A stretch of DNA of 64,000 nucleotides, taken from NCBI GenBank assembly GCA_031426755.1, contig JASJPI010000003.1, positions 101,011 to 165,010 of the forward strand. The letters run 5' to 3'. Each line of letters begins with the position of its first letter. Positions within the stretch are counted from its first letter, which is position 1. The position numbers were made by a program, and so were the translations under genes. Below are positions 60,128 through 64,000 of the stretch, one piece after another. This stretch comes from Curvibacter sp. Lineage in GTDB: Bacteria > Pseudomonadota > Gammaproteobacteria > Burkholderiales > Burkholderiaceae_C. A model generated the notes under the pieces. That model made no database searches. It was given only the letters and a program-made list of their open reading frames with translations, and was not told the origin of the DNA.

Positions 60128-60209
60128 GCTGCGCGCACTACGTGTCGCTTCGCCACCCCCCTCAAGGGGGCAATGCCAGTGGCCCGGCAAAGCCGGCTCC
60201 ACGGCGTTC
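60119..60209 (+). repeat. Intergenic C-run/G-run hairpin repeat, copy C (subfamily 1)
   Basis: CACCCCTAGGCTGCGCGCACTACGTGTCGCTTCGCCACCCCCCTCAAGGGGGCAATGCCAGTGGCCCGGCAAAGCCGGCTCCACGGCGTTC. The trmD TAG stop (60125-60127) lies inside the repeat's left end. Confidence 0.75.
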
Positions 60210-60265
60210 TGCGCCCAACCTTTTTCTTTGGCGAGGCGGCGGCGGCGTCACTTGTTCTGATTTGC

Positions 60266-60271
60266 TATAAT
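60266..60271 (+). promoter_or_regulatory. Candidate -10 hexamer TATAAT upstream of rplS
   Basis: GCTATAAT followed by TCCAGGTTTT, about 110 nt upstream of the rplS ATG. No clear -35 at 16-18 nt spacing. Confidence 0.35.
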
Positions 60272-60380
60272 TCCAGGTTTTCCAGATCCTCTGGCCGGCC
60301 GCTTGCCCTGTGTGGCGAGCATTGCGTGTCATCCCGATGCGCTAGACCAACAGGCGCGGACATGATCATTTGAGGTAACC

Positions 60381-60755
60381 ATGAACCTGATCCAGACTCT
60401 CGAGCAAGAAGAAATTGCTCGCCTCGGCAAGACCATTCCCGAGTTCGCCCCCGGTGACACCGTCATCGTGAACGTCAACGTGGTTGAAGGCGCCCGCAAG
60501 CGCGTTCAGGCCTACGAAGGCGTGGTGATCGCCAAGCGCAACCGTGGCCTCAACAGCGGCTTCACCGTGCGCAAGATCTCCAGCGGCGAAGGCGTGGAGC
60601 GTACCTTCCAGACCTACAGCCCGCTGATCGCCAGCATCGAAGTCAAGCGCCGTGGTGACGTGCGCCGCGCCAAGCTGTACTACCTGCGTGACCGCAGCGG
60701 CAAGTCGGCCCGTATCAAGGAAAAGCTGCCGGCGAAGAAGACTGCTGCCGCATAA
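60381..60755 (+). CDS. rplS: 50S ribosomal protein L19
   Basis: [11 protein letters not shown]...[53 protein letters not shown] is canonical L19. Confidence 0.97.
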   Translation: MNLIQTLEQEEIARLGKTIPEFAPGDTVIVNVNVVEGARKRVQAYEGVVIAKRNRGLNSGFTVRKISSGEGVERTFQTYSPLIASIEVKRRGDVRRAKLYYLRDRSGKSARIKEKLPAKKTAAA

Positions 60756-60774
60756 GCAGCCGGTCTTTGCGCCC

Positions 60775-60815
60775 AAGCCGCCACAAGCCTGTGCTTGAGG
60801 CGGCTTTTTTATTTT
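60775..60815 (+). terminator. Intrinsic terminator after rplS
   Basis: AAGCCGCC-N16-GGCGGCTT followed by TTTTATTTT. Confidence 0.8.
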
Positions 60816-61542
60816 GAGTCCTTTGTCCCAGGTGTTGCCGGTGTCGTCGTCAGACCATCTCACCCCGCTGTCCAAGCTGCCGAACTTCGATCCGCGTCAG
60901 ATCCCGGTGGTCGGGGTGGACACGCATCTGCCGGCCGTGCCGCGCGAGCAGTTGCAGCCAGCTGCGCTACGCCAGCGCTTCGTGGCGCCACCGTCCTGGC
61001 AGCCCGAGGTCCGGGCTGAGCCGCGTTTCACGCAGCGCGCACCGGTGCCGGCCTCGGTGCTGGTGCCCATCGTCGCGCATGCGCGGCCCACGGTACTGCT
61101 GACCCAGCGCACCAGCCACCTGGCCAACCATTCGGGGCAGATTGCCTTTCCCGGCGGCAAGCTGGATGACACCGATGCCGACTCGATTGCCGCCGCCCTG
61201 CGCGAGGCCGAGGAAGAGGTGGGGCTGACGCCGGATTTCATTCAGGTGCTCGGCACGCTGCCGATCTACACCACCGGCAGCGCCTTCATCATCACCCCGG
61301 TGGTGGCGCTGGTGCAGCCCGGTTTCACGCTCGCGCCCAACGAAGGCGAGGTGGCCGACGTGTTCGAGGTACCGCTGGACTTCCTCATGAACCCGGCCCA
61401 CCACCGGCGCCACAGCCTGATGGCCGAAGGGCTGCGGCGCGACTGGTTTTCCATGCCTTACCAGGACGCCGACATCGAGCGCTTCATCTGGGGCGCCACC
61501 GCCGGCATGCTGCGCAACTTCTACCGCTTCCTGGCGGCCTGA
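60814..61542 (+). CDS. NUDIX hydrolase, CoA pyrophosphatase-like
   Basis: LLTQRTSHLANHSGQIAFPGGKLDDTDADSIAAALREAEEEVGL contains the NUDIX box with the CoA-pyrophosphatase-type upstream motif. The ORF-track TTG start lies inside the rplS terminator T-run. The real start is probably one of the GTG/TTG codons at 60832-60841 or later. Confidence 0.75.
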   Translation: MSPLSQVLPVSSSDHLTPLSKLPNFDPRQIPVVGVDTHLPAVPREQLQPAALRQRFVAPPSWQPEVRAEPRFTQRAPVPASVLVPIVAHARPTVLLTQRTSHLANHSGQIAFPGGKLDDTDADSIAAALREAEEEVGLTPDFIQVLGTLPIYTTGSAFIITPVVALVQPGFTLAPNEGEVADVFEVPLDFLMNPAHHRRHSLMAEGLRRDWFSMPYQDADIERFIWGATAGMLRNFYRFLAA

Positions 61543-61593
61543 TGCCACCCTGCCAGCGCAGGAAGGCGCAGTCCGGGCCGCTATGATGGCAGC

Positions 61594-62547
61594 ATGAGTT
61601 TTTTCGCCATTCTTGTCGCCTTGTTGCTGGAGCAGGCACGTCCCTTGGCCAGCGGCAACGTGGTGCATGCCGGCATGCGGGGCTGGATGCGTTGGGTCAT
61701 TCGCAACCTCGATGCGGGTAAAGAACCGCACGGCTGGCTGGCCTGGGTCTTTGCCGTGGGGCTGCCCACGCTGCTGGCGCTGGGTATCCACTGGCTGCTG
61801 ATGAGCCTGCTGGGCTGGGTGGCGGCCGTGCTGTGGAGCGTGCTCGTCCTCTATGCCTCGCTCGGCTTTCGACAGTTCAGCCACCATTTCACCGACATCC
61901 GCGATGCGCTCGAGGCGGGTGACGAAGCGCAGGCGCGCAAACTGCTGGCCGAGTGGCGGCAGACTGATGTCGGCGAACTGCCACGGCGCGAGATCGTGCG
62001 CCAGGTCATTGAGCAATCCGTGTTGTCGGCGCACCGCCACGTCTTTGGTGTGCTGGCCTGGTTCTCGATCCTGGCGGCCTTTGGTTTCGGCCCGGCCGGC
62101 GCCGTGTTCTACCGCCTGGCGGAATTCGTGGCGCGTTACTGGCCGTATGTCTCCAGTCGCCGGGGCCAACCGGTGAGCGCGGCGGCTCGCGCGGCAGCTG
62201 CCCAGGCCTGGCACCTGGTGGACTGGTTGCCGGCGCGTATCACGGCACTCGGTTTTGCCGTGGTCGGCAGCTTCGAGGAAGCCATCGACAGCTGGCGCAG
62301 TCATGAAACCAAGCTCGATGCCAGCAACGATGGTGTGATCCTGGCCGCCACGGCCGGTGCCGTGAATGTGCGCCTGGGGTCGGCGGCGCCCGTCGCGGGG
62401 CTGGCGGAGGAGGTGGAAACATCAGCGCCCGCGCGGCAGGAGCCCGAGCTGGCGCATCTGCGCAGCATCGTTGGCCTGGTCTGGCGTTCGGTCGTGATGT
62501 GGATGCTGCTGCTGGCGCTGCTCACGCTGGCGCGGCTGCTGGGTTAG
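61594..62547 (+). CDS. CobD/CbiB family membrane protein
   Basis: 317 aa. MSFFAILVALLLEQARPL and polytopic membrane topology are typical of the CobD/CbiB family. No other cobalamin genes lie nearby. Confidence 0.7.
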   Translation: MSFFAILVALLLEQARPLASGNVVHAGMRGWMRWVIRNLDAGKEPHGWLAWVFAVGLPTLLALGIHWLLMSLLGWVAAVLWSVLVLYASLGFRQFSHHFTDIRDALEAGDEAQARKLLAEWRQTDVGELPRREIVRQVIEQSVLSAHRHVFGVLAWFSILAAFGFGPAGAVFYRLAEFVARYWPYVSSRRGQPVSAAARAAAAQAWHLVDWLPARITALGFAVVGSFEEAIDSWRSHETKLDASNDGVILAATAGAVNVRLGSAAPVAGLAEEVETSAPARQEPELAHLRSIVGLVWRSVVMWMLLLALLTLARLLG

Positions 62548-62563
62548 CGGCCCGGCGCCTGCC

Positions 62564-63493
62564 TCAATAGCGCCGCTGCGACAGCTCGGCGAACAGTTCG
62601 CTATAAATTCTATAGCGCGTTGCGCTGATTTCACTTGGCGTTGATCCGGATTTGAGCGCAGAAATCACGCCGCAACCGGGCTCATGCAAATGGGTGCAGT
62701 TGTAGAACTTGCAGTCTTTCACCCAAGCCTGCAGGTCCGGCATCAGGCTGGCCAGGTGCATGGGGTCGATGTGCTGCAGGCCGAATTCCTGGAAACCCGG
62801 TGAGTCGATCAGTGCCGTGCTGCGTGCTGTGTCGACCCAGTACCAGTGGGTGCTGGTGGTGGTGTGCTTGCCCGAATTCAGCGCGGTCGAGATTTCACCC
62901 GTGAGCACCTGTGCGCCCGGCACCAACTGGTTGATCAGCGTGCTTTTGCCGGCGCCCGAGGGGCCCAGCACCAGCGTGGTCTTGGCCTGGAGCTGCGCAC
63001 GCAGCGTGTCGAGCTCCGGCAGCAGGCCTTCTGCCTTGGGCTTGAGTGCGAGCGGCAAGACGGTGTAGCCCATGCGCCGGTAGGGTTCCAGCCGGGCCCA
63101 GGCGCGCGCAAACGGCTCGGCCAGGTCGCTCTTGTTGAGCGCGATGACGGGCGTGATGCGCTCGGCCTCGGCCGCGATCAGCGCGCGCGCCAGCTGGCTC
63201 TCGGAAAACTCGGGTTCGGCGGCGATCAGGATCAGTACCTGATCGAGGTTGGCGGCAAAACTCTTGGTGCGGATCTCGTCCTGCCGGTAGAACAGGTTGC
63301 GCCGTTCCACGATCTTTTCGATCGTGCCCTCGTCGCCGGTGGCCAGCCACAGCACGCGGTCGCCCACCACGGCCTGACTCTTCTTGCCGCGCGGGTGGCA
63401 GATCAGGCGCCGGCCTTCGGGCGTTTCCACCACCACGTGGCGGCCATGAGTGGCAATCACCAGGCCGTTGTCGAGTTCTGCGGGCTTGCTCAA
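62564..63493 (-). CDS. rsgA: Ribosome small-subunit-dependent GTPase A
   Basis: 309 aa with circularly permuted GTPase motifs (LNKSDL ... GPSGAGKSTLIN ... DSPGF) and a C-terminal zinc motif CKFYNCTHLHEPGC. Confidence 0.9.
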   Translation of the reverse strand: MSKPAELDNGLVIATHGRHVVVETPEGRRLICHPRGKKSQAVVGDRVLWLATGDEGTIEKIVERRNLFYRQDEIRTKSFAANLDQVLILIAAEPEFSESQLARALIAAEAERITPVIALNKSDLAEPFARAWARLEPYRRMGYTVLPLALKPKAEGLLPELDTLRAQLQAKTTLVLGPSGAGKSTLINQLVPGAQVLTGEISTALNSGKHTTTSTHWYWVDTARSTALIDSPGFQEFGLQHIDPMHLASLMPDLQAWVKDCKFYNCTHLHEPGCGVISALKSGSTPSEISATRYRIYSELFAELSQRRY

Positions 63494-63497
63494 GAGG

Positions 63498-63833
63498 TTA
63501 CCTCAGCAGTGCGTCAACCAGTGCCGCGCAATCGAAGTCGGCGCGCGTGATGCCGCCGGCGTCATGGCTGCGCCAGCGCACCGTGCAGTGGCGGTAGGCC
63601 ACCGACAGCTCGGGGTGGTGATCCTGCCGTTGCGCGATGAAGGCCACCGCATTGGCGAAGGCCATGGCAGCCTGGAAATCGGTGCAGGCAAAGTGTTTCT
63701 CGATCGCCAGCTCCGCGCCGTCGCCACTGAGACGCCAGCCTTCGAGCTGCGCCAGATTTGCTACTATTTCTGTAGCTGTCAGCGCCCGTTTGGTAAGGGT
63801 CGGAGCTTTATTTTGTTTCACTTCGGGACTCAT
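63498..63833 (-). CDS. 4a-hydroxytetrahydrobiopterin (pterin-4-alpha-carbinolamine) dehydratase
   Basis: 111 aa. F.DF..AMAFANAVAFIAQRQDHHPEL...Y..C.V.W.SHD is the PCD family signature. Confidence 0.85.
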   Translation of the reverse strand: MSPEVKQNKAPTLTKRALTATEIVANLAQLEGWRLSGDGAELAIEKHFACTDFQAAMAFANAVAFIAQRQDHHPELSVAYRHCTVRWRSHDAGGITRADFDCAALVDALLR

Positions 63834-64000
63834 GCCGCCAACCGCGCCAGCCGTTCAGAGGCCGGTGGATGCGAGTAATAGAAGGCCGCGTACAGCGGAT
63901 CCGGTGTCAGCGTGGAGGCATTGTCTTCGTACAGCTTGAGCAGGGCGTACCCCAGGTCCGCGCCATTGGTCTGCTGGGCGGCATAGGCATCGGCCTCGAA
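63830..64000 (-). CDS. M48-family (Ste24/HtpX-like) metallopeptidase, C-terminal end only (gene continues beyond window)
   Basis: The reverse frame reads ...FEADAYAAQQTNGADLGYALLKLYEDNASTLTPDPLYAAFYYSHPPASERLARLAA*, a typical M48 C-terminus. ATGA overlap with the dehydratase start. Confidence 0.7.
   Translation of the reverse strand, partial: FEADAYAAQQTNGADLGYALLKLYEDNASTLTPDPLYAAFYYSHPPASERLARLAA

Overview
High-GC betaproteobacterial chromosomal core segment, with gene order resembling Burkholderiales and probably Comamonadaceae. It is densely coding on both strands with many 1-4 nt start/stop overlaps.

Gene order, left to right:
- rluC 3' end, HAD hydrolase, Rieske protein, S49 peptidase
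- RsmI-like methyltransferase and maf (reverse)
- yceD-rpmF-plsX-fabH-fabD-fabG-acpP-fabF
- a YgfX/CptA-like membrane ORF coupled to rpoE-rseA-rseB-degP/mucD
- an AT-rich non-coding island
- lepA-lepB-DUF4845-rnc-era-recO-pdxJ-acpS-nagZ
- a small accessory-looking patch: MCP, ABM monooxygenase-like, YgjP-like metallopeptidase, hemerythrin-like protein, a split-barrel/GAF/winged-helix-like protein and a split-barrel partner
- lysS (reverse), yggT
- accD-trpA-trpB-trpF-truA-fimV-asd-leuB-leuD-entericidin-leuC (reverse)
- a MITE
- Cys-rich ORF-gltA-sdhE-sdhB-sdhA-sdhD-sdhC-gntR (reverse)
- mdh, citE-like, secreted ORF, acnB
- DUF486/DMT, DUF47-pit
- TM2 protein and a frameshifted GNAT gene (reverse)
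- rpsP-rimM-trmD-rplS
- NUDIX, CobD/CbiB-like
- rsgA, pterin dehydratase, M48 peptidase (reverse, truncated by the window edge)

I found no rRNA, tRNA, CRISPR array, transposase, phage gene or recognisable defence gene. I do not see a large novel multi-gene system.

Best leads:
1. The AT-rich roughly 450-bp island with its own terminator directly upstream of lepA.
2. A same-orientation intergenic repeat family that abuts stop codons.
3. A 266-bp MITE with 26-nt terminal inverted repeats and a TA duplication.
4. The split-barrel/GAF/putative winged-helix one-component regulator with a coupled partner next to a hemerythrin gene.
5. A GNAT gene broken by a 1-nt frameshift.
6. A YgfX/CptA-like ORF coupled to rpoE.

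All family assignments come from reading motifs by eye and from recalled family knowledge. No searches were run.
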